Assembly (NCBI RefSeq): GCF_000143415.4
Contig: NW_003314315.1
Location: 310,001-374,000, forward strand
DNA length: 64,000 bases
DNA from: Selaginella moellendorffii
Lineage: Eukaryota > Plantae > Lycopodiophyta
Reading direction: 5' to 3'
The notes under the pieces were generated by a model, which saw only the letters and a list, made by a program, of their open reading frames with translations, was not told the origin of the DNA and searched no databases. This document shows positions 46,542 through 58,970 of the stretch, piece after piece. Each line of letters starts with the position of its first letter. Position 1 is the stretch's first letter. The translations under genes and the position numbers were made by a program.

Positions 46542-49500
46542 ATGAAGGTGAGTTCCCATTCCAAGGGCGCATTAAATTTTCTTTTGACATGGCTTGTGCT
46601 TTTGGTAGACCCGTCGAAACAAATCTGTCTCGGCCCGGCAGGCGAGCACTGCGAATGGCGGGAAGGCAGCTTTGGGCGGCCCCTCTCCTGCAAAGAAACC
46701 AAGGAGTATGTTCATGTTTTTGTTTCCCCATAGAGATGTTTAAATTGTTTTTGCAGCCAATCGCCCACGAGTGGCAGGAAACAAGATTCCACATTTTTTG
46801 CTGGAAGAGGCAAAAACAAAGAATGGCAAGAGCGTCGACGATGATAATTCCGATGACTACGACTTCAACAATGTCGTGAAGGCAGTGGCCTTGACCCTGG
46901 CAGAGGCATCTCAAAATGGATCGGAGTCTGAGTCACCAACACCGCCCAAGGCAAAAGAGAACGGAAAGGTGATTTTTTGAAAGTGTTGCAAGTGTTTGGA
47001 GCTTTATGCTGACTAGTGCCCTCTTTCCTTGATCAGGCAACCAGGGCACGTCCTTCGGAACCGGACACTACTAGCACAGGTGATAAAAACAATGGAAGAC
47101 GGCCGCCCTCTAAAAGAATAAGAAATCGACGAGAGAGTCGAGAGAATCTGGAAGAAGAACGTGAGGGCTCGGACATGGGAGTTGTTGAAGACTCGAAACC
47201 TCAAAAGACAAGGTTTTTACCGCAGCGCTCAAAGAAACGAAGCAGACAGCTATTCTCTTCGGGAGGTACTGTCTTCTGACTTTTGCTGAACACTTTCTGA
47301 TACTACTCGTGTGCAGATGAAATTAGTGGTCTTGATGCACTCGCAACGTTGGCGGACTTGTCTCTAAGCGGATTACTTCCTTCTCCAACAAATGAAGCAG
47401 GTATTGTGTTGAAAATCCTTTTCCGGATATGACTGAAATCTGTTTCGTTGTTAAGGAGGGGATGGAACAGCTCCTGAGCAGCAGAAGCTACAAGATCTTG
47501 TTACACAAGTTTTGAGATCAGAGAGAGGATCCGTGAAGAAAGAGCAACGCGAGGAAGGCAGAGCGAAAGAGCAGAGCAACAAGAAGCAGCCATCGGCTTC
47601 GCCAGATGCGAAAAGGAAGAAGAAGCGCACTGAGAAGGTAAAGCGGTTTTTCTGCACTTTCATTCTCAAGTCTTGTTGTCTATGCAGAGCGAGGCTGGTA
47701 CAAGCACGAAACCCGACGATAAGGTATGTTTCTTTACTATAGCTTGCGGTTATTCATGCATGATATGCAGGCCCTGCCGTTTGTTTACAAGCCACATGGG
47801 AGAACCAAGCGCATATCTACATCTAAATTGCACAGGCACTCGCGGCACGACGGCTTTGATGAATCCGCACAAGATGGTGACTTTGAGCCCAGAAGTAAAA
47901 GAAAACATACTAGTGAGAAGGAGACACGTACATATTGTCCACACACAACTGCTGAGTTTGGACCTTCGAGTGCAAAGGTATTATTTGTGCTATGTTTCTA
48001 GTTTAAATGCTCACAATGTTCTGCAGGCCCGATTACTACACTGTCTGTCAATCCCAAGGGTTAGGCAATGGTGTGTCTACGAGTGGTTTTACAGCGCCAT
48101 TGATCTTCCGTGGTTTGCGCGTAACGAATTTGTTGAGTATCTTAATCATGCCGGCTTAGGACATGTGTCCAAGCTTACACGAACAGAATGGACTGTTATA
48201 AGAAGGTAAATGATTGCTACGTCGATCACGAAGCTCATGTCTTTTTGTGCAGCTCACTGGGAAAGCCGCGTCGGTTGTCACAAAAGTTTTTGCAAGTAGA
48301 AAGGGAGAAGCTAGAAGCGTACAGAGACACAGTCCGCGCGCATTACCACGATATTCGGAATGATAAATCAGGATGCTGCTTACCACCAGATTTAGCTCGA
48401 CCTTTGACTGTCGGACAGCGAGTGATTGCTCGGCATCCAAAGAATGGGGAGATACACGATGGCAGAATACTTACGGTGGATCGAAATCGATGTCGCGTTC
48501 AGTTTGAGCGCACTGAACTTGGAGTCGAGTTTGTCCTGGTTAGTCTTGCAAGCATTGAATTTTTTAATCTCATTTCTTCTACGCAGGACATCAACGCAAT
48601 GCCCGTCAACCCGCTCGAGAACATGTCAGACATCATGAGAAAGAGAAGGATAATCGATTTAAGCAGTTCCGGACACAGAATTGGTGCGGGAAACACTCGT
48701 AATGCATTGAACGACAGATTGGACCGACCTTATGCGACTCCATCACAATACTTCCTGAGTACTCTAAGCCACCGAGCTCAGGTACTTGTCGCAATGTCCT
48801 GAGACACCTACTGACTACCCTTTGTTAACAGATGGACAATGTTGACTCCGTGCTACTTGCAAAAGCAGCAGCTAATGAGGCTGTCGCAGCTGTACAACAA
48901 GGGCAGCCTTCATCGTCTATTCAGGCGCAAGCACGCGAGGCAGATATATGTGCACTGGCTGAGCTCTCTCGCCAGCTGGATAAAAAAGTATGTTTTTTGT
49001 TTTCTAATCTTTTTCTCATTTTATAAACGTGTCATCAATAGGAAGCGTTGTTGGTGGAGCTGCGTCGTATGAATGATGAAGCTGACAGGAGCGCTGGGGA
49101 AGCAGAATCTCTAAGAAACTCGGAAGCATTCAAGATACAGTATGCCACCGTTGTTCTTCAGCTAAAGAACGTCAATAAGCAGGTACTGTCTCTCTTTAGG
49201 AAACAATGTGTTTGCTAATCTTTTTCCCCTCTGTAGGTCTCTGCTGCTGTCGTTCAGCTGAGAGAACGCAATCGATACCAAGAAAACTTAGTAGCTCCAT
49301 GGCACTCGCCTCCTTGTGCCGCTGTGGACGGAGCCGTAGCAGGCCTCGGTGCAGGCTCGCCGGCCGAAGAGATATCCCTGACGACGAGGAAGGACGCTAG
49401 ATCCATGGTTTCGGCTTTCGTTCAGGTATGCATAAGCTAAAAGACCGTTCTAAGAGACTGTAAACTCATACATTCTGTCTTTCAGGCCGTGTGCTGCCTC

Positions 49501-50046
49501 AAAGAAGGTGAGGATGCCTTGTCAAGGTTGGGAAAACAACATAACTATGTGGATGGTCAACCTGCAAAAGAGGGGGGGGCGGGGACGGGGACGGGGTTGG
49601 GTTTTGGTTCTTCGCCTCCTGCTAATCACCACCAATCACAGGGCTCTGATAAGTCACAAACGCTACCGCAAGACACACAAGCGACGAGTCAAGTTCCCAC
49701 AGCACCTTATCCTCCAGACATAGACGCCTACATACCAGCAGAGTTCATCGCTTCCTGCCTGACAACCCTGCTAATGATCAAGGTATGTTGGTTTTGTTCT
49801 TCTTCGTTGTGAAGCTCCAGCGATTTGCTTGGTTGTTTACAGACGTGCACGGAGAGGCAATTGCCACCCTCGGATGTGGCAGTCATGTTTGAAAACGTGC
49901 TGGAGAACTTGCGGCCGCATAACGCGACGAACCACCAGATATACAAGGAGGTGGAGCAGTGCTTCGATGTGCTCAAGAACCAAGTCACGGCCCAAGTCTC
50001 GATCCGGTCCAACATCTCACTCCCCGTGGATTGTCACTTGCAATGA
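46542..50046 (+). CDS. ALY: ALWAYS EARLY / LIN9 homolog (DIRP domain, DREAM complex), multi-exon
   Basis: [83 protein letters not shown]; start codon inferred. Confidence 0.9.
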
Positions 50047-50232
50047 CGCGCGCCCTGCCGGAGTTAAGTTTTTCTTATTTCTCCTCTTCCTATTAACACC
50101 ACAAACAGAGATGAGAAACATCCAAAATAAGAGAACGCGAAGCCAAAGCATTCTTTCCGTGGAAAGTGGTGAATTTGCCAGGTTCCATCTCCTGTACAAT
50201 GAGAAACAAAGAAATCGACAGCACCAACGTGC

Positions 50233-52677
50233 TCAACGCTTTGATTCGTAAAGGCTGGCCAAGAGCACGTAGGCTGCTCCCTGGTCGTCACCATCGCCGG
50301 CTTTCATCCACGACTCAAACGCGAGCTTGCCAACCTCGGCGTCTCGGAAGATCCGGCTCGCGCTCAGCACGGTGCTCCAGGTCACGGCATTGGGCTTGTA
50401 AGGCATCGCTTCGACGAGCTTCACGACCTCGTCCAGTCGGTTGGCACGTCCCAGCGAATCGACGATGCAGTGGTAGTGCTTGATCCCTGGAAGCGTCCCA
50501 AACTTTGAGAGCATGGAATGGAAAAAGTACCTGGCAGTCTCGACGAGGCCACCGCGGCTGCAAGCGATGAGCAGGCACACGAAAGTCACGGCGTTTGGGC
50601 GGAGTCCCTCGTCGAGCAGCGCGTGGAAGAGCTCCAGCACCTCTCTCGTGTTGGCCTGGCGGCTATGCCCGGCTACCAGCGTGTTCCAAGTCACTAAGTT
50701 CCTGGTGGTGGATGAAGAAGTGGCAGCGAAGACACACCCAGCGTCCTCCATGCTTCCACACTTAGCGTAGGCGTCGAGCAAGCTATTCGTGAGAAGCACC
50801 ACCTCCTTCTCCTCGGACGACGACAAGAGCCCACGCCGGTTGATCTCTCCATGGACGAGCTTTGTCCTCTCCAGCGCAACCAAGCTTCCGCAAGCTTTGA
50901 GTGCCGCGGCAAAGCTAAGAACGTCTGGAGCGCAGTCCATCCGAGCGAAGAGCTCCAGAGCCACTTCTCCCTCCTCGCTCTCCGCGTAGCCGAGTATCAG
51001 AGCGTTCCAGAACACCACGTCCCGGCAGTGGATCATCGCCTCGAAGACTCGGCGAGCATGGGACAGGCTTCCACACTTGGAGTACAAGTCGACGAGCGTG
51101 CCGGCCACGAATCTGTCCGAGTAGAAGCCACTTTGCTCAGCCTGTTCGTGCAAAGCTATGCCTCTTCCCAAGCACCTGGCCTTGACAAGCTTCCCGGATA
51201 CTTGCTTCGCGTTCTCCATCGCTGCCAGGCCAGTCCAGGCCTTGAGTGCCGCCACAAAGCTTCGTGAGTCCGGTGGCAAGCCTTGTTGGAGCATTCTCGC
51301 AAAAACTTCCAGAGCGGCACCTGGTTCTTCGTTTTGCGCGTAGCCGAGCATAAGTCCGTCCCACGAAACAACCGTGTGCACTGGCATCCTTGCGAAGGCC
51401 CTGGAAGCGTCAGCCATGCTTCCACACTCTCCATACAAGTCCACCAGCGAGCTTCCCACGCAGACGTCGAGATCACACCCAAACTTTCGAGCCTGCGCGT
51501 GAACAGCCATGCCTTTCTCCAAGCTTTCCAGCTTCACGGGCCTGCCGCAAACTTCCACCCCGGCCTCCTTCGTCGCCATGCAAAGGCAAGCTTTCAAAGC
51601 AGCGACGAACGTCCCAGCAGTGAGCTCTTCCCAGCCTCGTCGCAGCGTCGCCATTCTCTTCTCGAACAGCTCCAGAGTAACTTCCGGTCTCCCGTTTCTC
51701 GAGTAGCCCAGCATGAGAGCGTTCCACGACACGGAAGTGTGTCGAGGCATCCTGTCAAACACCCGCTGGGCGCTCACCACGCTTCCACACTTCGCGTACA
51801 TGTCCACCAGCGTGTTTGCGATGTAGATATCGTCCTCGAATCCGAGCTCCACGGCTTGGCAGTGAAGGACCCTTCCTCTCTCCAAGATCTCGGCCTTGGT
51901 AACTTTCTTCTTCTCTGCCAAGCTCGCGCAAGCCTTTACTGCCGCCACCAGAGTTCGAGCATTCGGCTCGCATCCTTCCACTCCCATGCACGACACCAGC
52001 TCGAGCGCCACCTCTTCCTCACCATTGTCTACATATCCCAGCACCAGAGCCGTCCAGGAAACCACGCTCCTACAAACCATCCGGTCGAAAACCATCCGGG
52101 CATCGACCAAGCTCCCACACTTCACGTAAGCATCGAGGATGGAATTCGCCACAAAGATGTCCGAGTCACAGCTCTTCTCCACTGCCTGGAAGTGGACTCC
52201 CATTGCTCGCACCAGCGCTCCAAGTTTCACAAGCCTTCCATCGATGATCTCGCCTTCCTCGGCAGCGGCCAAGTTTGAGCAGGCCTTGGCGGCTGCCACA
52301 AACGTCCACGAGTTTGGAGCACAGCCTTCTTCTCGTTCCATCCTTTCCAGCGCCTCGAGAGCTTTGATCTCTTCCCTGTTCTCCGCGTAGCCGAGCATCA
52401 AGGCCGTCCAGGACACCACATTGCGACTGGCCATCCCATCGAAGACCCTCCGCGCATCCGTCAAGCTCCCACACTTGGCGAACATCGAGATCAGTGAATT
52501 TGCCACGGAAATCCGCGAGATCTCCCCTCCTTCCACCGCATTGCTGTGGAGCTTCCATCCTCTCTGCAAATCCCTACTTCTAGCGCACTCCTGGATCGCT
52601 GCGATGACGCTGTGCGATCGAGTTCCCGATTCCTCATCGCAGTTTCGCAAAGATTTCCTCGCGGAGCAGCGCCGCAA
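50233..52677 (-). CDS. PLS-class PPR protein with E domain and elongated L motifs
   Basis: Repeated DMYAKCGS..A.RVFD.M..VVSW.ALMLGY; ends HYHCIVDSLGR..PNAVTWSTVL..AAYVLLASLY; no in-frame ATG at the ORF start. Confidence 0.9.
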   Translation of the reverse strand: MRRCSARKSLRNCDEESGTRSHSVIAAIQECARSRDLQRGWKLHSNAVEGGEISRISVANSLISMFAKCGSLTDARRVFDGMASRNVVSWTALMLGYAENREEIKALEALERMEREEGCAPNSWTFVAAAKACSNLAAAEEGEIIDGRLVKLGALVRAMGVHFQAVEKSCDSDIFVANSILDAYVKCGSLVDARMVFDRMVCRSVVSWTALVLGYVDNGEEEVALELVSCMGVEGCEPNARTLVAAVKACASLAEKKKVTKAEILERGRVLHCQAVELGFEDDIYIANTLVDMYAKCGSVVSAQRVFDRMPRHTSVSWNALMLGYSRNGRPEVTLELFEKRMATLRRGWEELTAGTFVAALKACLCMATKEAGVEVCGRPVKLESLEKGMAVHAQARKFGCDLDVCVGSSLVDLYGECGSMADASRAFARMPVHTVVSWDGLMLGYAQNEEPGAALEVFARMLQQGLPPDSRSFVAALKAWTGLAAMENAKQVSGKLVKARCLGRGIALHEQAEQSGFYSDRFVAGTLVDLYSKCGSLSHARRVFEAMIHCRDVVFWNALILGYAESEEGEVALELFARMDCAPDVLSFAAALKACGSLVALERTKLVHGEINRRGLLSSSEEKEVVLLTNSLLDAYAKCGSMEDAGCVFAATSSSTTRNLVTWNTLVAGHSRQANTREVLELFHALLDEGLRPNAVTFVCLLIACSRGGLVETARYFFHSMLSKFGTLPGIKHYHCIVDSLGRANRLDEVVKLVEAMPYKPNAVTWSTVLSASRIFRDAEVGKLAFESWMKAGDGDDQGAAYVLLASLYESKR

Positions 52678-52946
52678 GTGATTTCTCGTGATTCTCCCCT
52701 ACCTGTGGATCTACATTTCTCTTCTTGGCGCCATGGATTCTCTACCTGTTATGGATTCTATAAACCCTAAAACCTGGAAGGCTCGAGAATATGCGCGAGC
52801 CCTAATAGAGGTCTCTAGAAGCTTTTCTTATTCTAGGGTTTTCGTTCGTGCGAGGGAGCTGCGCAGGGCGCATCGATCGATCGATCGAGGTAGGCTAGAG
52901 TCACTCCGTTAGCACCTCTCACTCTACCCGATTCTCTCCCAGGAGC

Positions 52947-55116
52947 ATGGCGGATGAGGCAAAAGCGCGCGGCAATGCCGCTTTCTCGGCAGGGAATTTC
53001 GAAGAGGCGATCAAGCATTTCTCGGACGCGGTTGCTCTAGCTGGGACGAACCATGTTTTCTACTCCAATCGCTCCGCATGCTACGCATCGCTCCACAAGT
53101 ACCAGGAGGCTCTCGAGGATGCAAAGAAGACTGTGGAGCTCAAGCCGGATTGGCCGAAAGGTTACAGCAGGCTTGGCGCTGCCTATGTCGGCCTCAAGAA
53201 ATTCCCCGACGCGGTCTCGGCCTACAAGAAGGGACTCGAGTATGATCCTAGCAACGAGGCTCTCAAGTCGGGCTTGGCGGACGCACAGGAATCCATGTCA
53301 GGGGCAGGGCAGCCATCGCCTTTCGGGAATTTGTTCCAGGGTCCAGATGTGTGGGCGAAGCTGCAGCAGGATCCCAGGACCAAAGCGTTTCTCACGCAGC
53401 CGGATTTCTTGAAGATGATGCAAGACCTCCAGAGAAATCCCAACGCGCTCAACCTTTACATGAACGATCCTAGGATGATGCAAGTTCTAGGAGTTCTACT
53501 TGGTGTGAACATCCACACGCCTTCCAAGGAGGAAATGGAGAAGGGTGTTTTTGAGGAGGAACAGGAAGCATCGTCTCAGCCATCCGAGACTAGTAGGCGT
53601 GAGACAAGCAAGCCTGCTACTCCTGCTCCAGAGCCGGTCCCGGAACCGATGGAGATACCGGATGAAGATAGAGAGAAAAAGGAAAAGAAAGCGGCGGCTA
53701 TAAAAGCGAAGGAGGCCGGGAATGAGGCGTATAAGAAGAAGGATTTTGAGTCGGCATTGGCGAATTACTCCAAGGCAATCGAGCTCGACGACGAGGATAT
53801 CTCCTACCTCACAAACAGAGCGGCGGTCTACCTTGAAATTGGAAAGGTACTGTTTCTTATTTGTTATGACCACCTTCTGTGGTTGTTTCTCACTTTCGAT
53901 GGTTTCTTACGGCAAACAGTACGAAGAATGTATCAAAGATTGCGATCAGGCAGTCGAGCGTGGAAGGGAATTGCATTCAGACTACAAGATGGTAGCAAAG
54001 GCGCTGACGCGGAAGGGATCGGCTTATGTCAAGCTGGCTAAGTGTGCCAAGGACTACGAGCCTGCTATCGAGATCTTCAACAAGGCTTTGACAGAACACC
54101 GTAATCCGGACACTTTGAAAAAACTCAATGATGCAGAGAAAGTCAAAAAGGAACTTGAGCAAAAGGAGTACTTTGATCCCAAGATTGCCGACGAGGAGAG
54201 AGAAAAAGGTACCTTAAGTCATGAATTGTGCTTGACTTCGTTCTTTTCTTCCTTTTAACTGTTAGGCAACGATTATTTCAAGGAGCAAAAGTACCCCGAG
54301 GCAGTGAAGCATTACTCGGAGGCTCTTAGGAGGAATCCGAATGATGTGAAGGTATCACGCGTGATTTTGTGTGTGATAGCCACTGAGCTTGCCCTCTCTT
54401 TGCATGCAGGCTTACAGCAACAGAGCAGCAAGCTACACGAAACTCGGTGCCTTCCCCGAAGGGTTGAAGGATGCTAACAAGTGCTTGGAGATCGATCCTT
54501 CTTTTATCAAGGGATACTCGCGCAAGGGGGCAATCCAATTCTTCATGAAGGAGTATGACAAAGCATTGGAAACTTACCAGGTAAAACTTGAAGGTAGAAT
54601 GAAAAGACCTCACTTTTAACGTGTGTTCTCGTTTGCTCGATAGACCGGGTTGAAGTACGATGAACACAACCAGGAAATGATGGATGGGATCCAAAGGTAA
54701 TTCACCGAAACTTTTCTTTTAATGACAAGACTCTCCCTTTTTTCCCAGATGCGTCGAGCAGATCAACAAGACGAACAGGGGAGACATTAGCGCCGAAGAG
54801 CTCAAAGAGCGCCAGGTTAGCTTTTCTTGTAGTGAGTGCTTCGAGTGTGTTCTTATTTCTCTTTCCATCGTTCAGGCCAAGGCTATGCAAGACCCCGAGA
54901 TCCAGGGCATTCTCTCGGATCCAGTAATGCGACAGGTATGAGATCGATTTTTCTCGATTCTTCGTCTCAACATGGAATGGATTTTCTGGTTTGGTGTTGT
55001 AGGTATTGATCGATTTCCAGGAGAGTCCAAAGTCAGCTCAAGACCACATGAAGAACCCCATGATCATGGCAAAGATCCAGAAGCTTGTGGCCGCTGGCAT
55101 TGTCCAAGTGAGATAG
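52947..55116 (+). CDS. HOP: Hsp70-Hsp90 organising protein (STI1/HOP)
   Basis: MADEAKARGNAAFSAG, TPR1-DP1-TPR2A-TPR2B-DP2 layout, ends KIQKLVAAGIVQVR*. Confidence 0.97.
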
Positions 55117-55918
55117 TTGACTGGGCGTCTAGTGGTAGGAATTTTGCTGATGCCGCTTCCTATTATGTCATTGATAATGGTCATGTGATGATGCATCCGC
55201 CACCTCTTATAGTTAGGTATGCTCTCTTCTACCAACAACATGTCCAAATACATGGGAGGTGAAGTCATAAGATCTGTACGGAGTGTGTTTAATTCTCGGG
55301 CGGGCGGAAGATTTCGCTGGCGCCGTACGCTTTGTCACTATTGAGTCTCAAGTTCGAATCTTCTTAGCGTCTAGAATGTCCAATAATTGATACATTGGCG
55401 ATTATTCTGACTTGGACATGGATAAGTTTTGATCAAATATCTTTACAATGCGTTGTGGTTGTAGGGTTTGCCGGCGGCTGTTTGAAATGTCCGGCCAGCC
55501 AATTTTTTTATGTGTGGCCCCAAGCTGACCAATCTTTCTGCCGGTAGATGTATGTAGACAATGTCGATGATGGGCCATGCTAAGTACGGCACGATTGTAA
55601 ACTGGCCGAGGGTGACGTCAGCCCTAGTACGGGTGTGCTCGGTACGACCGCCAAGGAGAAGATTATCTTTTCTCCCTTATCCCTTGCCTCGTTCCATTGC
55701 GGGCGCATTTAGGGTTGCCATCTTTCCGGCTTCTTTTACTCGCCTTTCTTTATCTTTTATGGTTGCCCTTCCTCTGGAGATAATGCGCGAGGAACAGGGA
55801 CGAAGAACACTGCTACCACTGGCGCGGAGGATTTCGCCTAGAATCTGGTGATGGATTGTTGAAATTATGGATTCCTGACGCTCGCTAGGGCCGGGAAGAA
55901 GCCAGCAGCGATCCGTCG

Positions 55919-57916
55919 ATGGCAACGAGCGTCAAGAACGAGCTCCTGGCGGCGTCCCCCCCTCCATTCCACTGGCCGGCGTCGATCTTCTCACCTCCTC
56001 CTCCTCAATCGCAGCATTCTCTGGCGATGCGCGAAGATTGTGGCAGCGGCGTGTGGGATCACTGCTCCGCGGCGGCTGGATCGGGCGCTCTCTCGCCGCT
56101 GAGCGAGTATCTCATGCAGCCGGACGAGGAAATCTTGTCCATGTCCTCGCTCGATGCCGCTAGCAGCAGCTTCCAGTCGGGATTGACGACGGACGAGGAG
56201 GAGGAGCAAGGGTTCTTTGCCGGATTATCGGCGAATTCTTGCTCCTCGGCCTCCTCCTCGGCCTCCAACACGTCCCCCTCCTCGGCCTCTCACCACTACC
56301 AGCAATTCGACCCCAACAGCCCGCCCGGCAACGTCCTCCTCCACTCGGTGGTGCGCTCCAAAATCCACGAGATCAACAGCAGGCTCTTCGACGACGAGGA
56401 CGACGGCATCGATCAGCTCATCACGACCGACGGCGTCGTCATCGATTCCTCGCCCTCGCTGGAGCAGCAGCACGGCTACCAGCCCGTGGCGATGCCGCCG
56501 CCAGCGCCGATTCTCCCATTCCGCTCACACCAGGACTCGTTTGGGACGATACGATCGTTCGATTTCCAGCAGCCCATCCAGCCGGCCTTCGCGAGCTGGA
56601 CGCACGGTACGTGGCACGTCCACCCCACGGTGCCGCCGCCGCTGCCGCCGGCGGTACGCGGGCCGGCGTGGCAGCACCGCGGAGGTATACCGCACGGTAC
56701 GGTGCCTGTGCCGCCGGCGCCGGCAAGCACCGTGGCGGTACAGGGCGGTATACCGCACGACGGCTCCCAGGACCCACAGGTGCTACTCGTCCAGCTGCTA
56801 GTGATGTGCGCCCACGCGGTGGCGGAGAAAAACGCGAGCATCGCCCAGATGATATTGGCGCGTCTCAGGCAGCACACTGGGCCGGAGGGGACGCCCATGG
56901 AGAGGCTGGCGTCCTACTTCACCGAGGCGCTTGCCGCGCGGATCGATCAGTCCACGGGCTCTGCGCTCTTCAAGGGCCTGCTCAGCGACAAGCTGCTCGA
57001 GTCGGATGGATCCACGCAGGCCAGCATGCTCGAGGCGTTCAGCACCTTCTACGACTACCTCCCCATCGGCAAATTCGACCACCTCACCATGAACCAGGTA
57101 ATCCTCGACGCCGTGGAGCGCGAGCGCGCCATCCACATCCTCGACCTCCAGCTCTGGTTTGGCACCCAATGGCCGGCGCTGCTGCAAGCTCTCGCAACTC
57201 GCCCCGGAGGACCACCTAGAGTGAGGATCACGGCAGTGGGCTCTTCCGCGGACGATCTAGCAGCCACTGGCGACAAGCTCCACGAGTGTGCCAAGACGCT
57301 GCGCGTCCATCTCGAGTACAAGGCCTTGCTACTGCCCAAGGCGGACAAGTTCCATGCCGGGCTCGTCAACCTCCATCCCGGCGAGGCCTTCATCGTCAAC
57401 AGCCTCAGCCAGTTCCACTACCTCCTGCAGCCCTCCACTTCCGACTCGGACACCTCCTTCGGCGGATTCATGGCTCACATCCGAGCTCTCCGGCCCAAGG
57501 TGCTCGTCATGGCGGAGAACGACGCCAGCCACAACAGCTCCGACTTTCTCAAGCGATTCGGGGAGTGTCTCAAGTACTACTCGGCGGTGTTCGACGCCAT
57601 GGCGACGTGCGCGAGCTCGCCCAGCGGGAGGTTGAAGATGGAGAGGCTCTTTGCGGCGCCAAAGATCCGGAACATCATCGCGTGCGAGGGGCCTAACCGG
57701 GTGGAGCGTCACGAGAGCATGGCGGACTGGAGCAAGCGGCTGGAGGTGGCGGGGTTTCGGCCATCGCCGCTCAGCCAGAGGGCCGTCAACCAGGCCAAGC
57801 TGCTACTCCGCCTCTACTACACGAATGGCTACACGCTCCACAGCGAGAGAGGCTCGCTGGTTCTCGGGTGGAGGAATTTGCCGCTCAACACGGTATCGGC
57901 CTGGAGAGTCGCGTGA
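55919..57916 (+). CDS. GRAS family transcription factor, intronless
   Basis: LHRI LVQLLVMCAHAV, MERLASYFTEAL, VHIID variant IHILD, QWPALLQALATRPGGPP, ERHE, C-terminal VSAW. Confidence 0.96.
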   Translation: MATSVKNELLAASPPPFHWPASIFSPPPPQSQHSLAMREDCGSGVWDHCSAAAGSGALSPLSEYLMQPDEEILSMSSLDAASSSFQSGLTTDEEEEQGFFAGLSANSCSSASSSASNTSPSSASHHYQQFDPNSPPGNVLLHSVVRSKIHEINSRLFDDEDDGIDQLITTDGVVIDSSPSLEQQHGYQPVAMPPPAPILPFRSHQDSFGTIRSFDFQQPIQPAFASWTHGTWHVHPTVPPPLPPAVRGPAWQHRGGIPHGTVPVPPAPASTVAVQGGIPHDGSQDPQVLLVQLLVMCAHAVAEKNASIAQMILARLRQHTGPEGTPMERLASYFTEALAARIDQSTGSALFKGLLSDKLLESDGSTQASMLEAFSTFYDYLPIGKFDHLTMNQVILDAVERERAIHILDLQLWFGTQWPALLQALATRPGGPPRVRITAVGSSADDLAATGDKLHECAKTLRVHLEYKALLLPKADKFHAGLVNLHPGEAFIVNSLSQFHYLLQPSTSDSDTSFGGFMAHIRALRPKVLVMAENDASHNSSDFLKRFGECLKYYSAVFDAMATCASSPSGRLKMERLFAAPKIRNIIACEGPNRVERHESMADWSKRLEVAGFRPSPLSQRAVNQAKLLLRLYYTNGYTLHSERGSLVLGWRNLPLNTVSAWRVA

Positions 57917-58970
57917 TCTCTTGAAAGTTGGATCGATCGATCGATGGGACAATGGAAAGTTTTCTCTCTTTTTACTTTCGTTTTTTTATCATATCACTTC
58001 GGTCTTCGATTCAACAAAGCGAGTTGGCTCTCTGCAAGCTTGGAACGATCGATCCATCGATCGGATTTTTATTCGAGTAGAGACTGAAAGAAATTGTGGT
58101 TTGTAGCTTTTTCCCAATTGAGCTCCCCTGTGCATAGGATTTGGCAAGGAATCCAATAAGATTCGCTCTAGATACCCCTCAAGTCAATCAATCAATCACT
58201 TAAGGGTGGAAAGCCAAGAAAAAATGGCATCTTCTGGGAATCTCCGGTCCCTCTAGTGTCGACACGAAATGGATAAGGCTGGGTTTCTTTTTTTTTTTCT
58301 TCTTGTGCTGCGCTGTAGCGATTTTTTGGATGGAAGCACACAACGCGACCCTTCGCGGAGAAAAAATTAGTTATTTTTATCGCAAAGCCTTTGTTGGATT
58401 GCTACGTGCACCACTTTGAGGGCAAGAAATTCTCGTGTGTTTGGGAAAGGTGGTGGCGCACAAAGGATCTTCGCAAGAGCATATCGCATTACATTCTCTA
58501 CCAGTGGGTTGAGTCGAGAGGGAGAGCTGGATTGGAATAATCTCGCAATGAAAGTGGCTGGATCCAACTCGATCCATCCATAGATCGATCCAACAAAAAA
58601 TCGAAAGAGCACAGACAGGAGAGAGGATTGTTTACGTGAAGTTTGTTCGATAGCTACCTCTCGCTCTGTCCTTGCAGTATTTTTTTCCTCCTTCTCCAAG
58701 CTCCAAAACAATCTTTCTCTCTGCATTTGGTGGCACAGCTGGTCCACACAGATATATGTTCACAAAACTCATTTCCATTCACTCTGGTCAGCCACAGCGT
58801 CGCTTTCGATCGATCGCATTCACGCCATAGCCAAGAACACAAGACACCTTACCAGCTCGAGCCAATTTGAAGCTCCCAGACAAGCGCCATGGAATAAAGA
58901 AGATAACGATAGGCCAAGAACCCTAACTGAATACCATCCGTTGGATGGTCCTATATCCAACGGCTAACAT

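Noticed and set aside
56217-57712. Long overlapping alternative-frame ORFs in GRAS (and similar ones in the PPR and BBE genes)
   Set aside because: Expected shadow ORFs of GC-rich coding sequence
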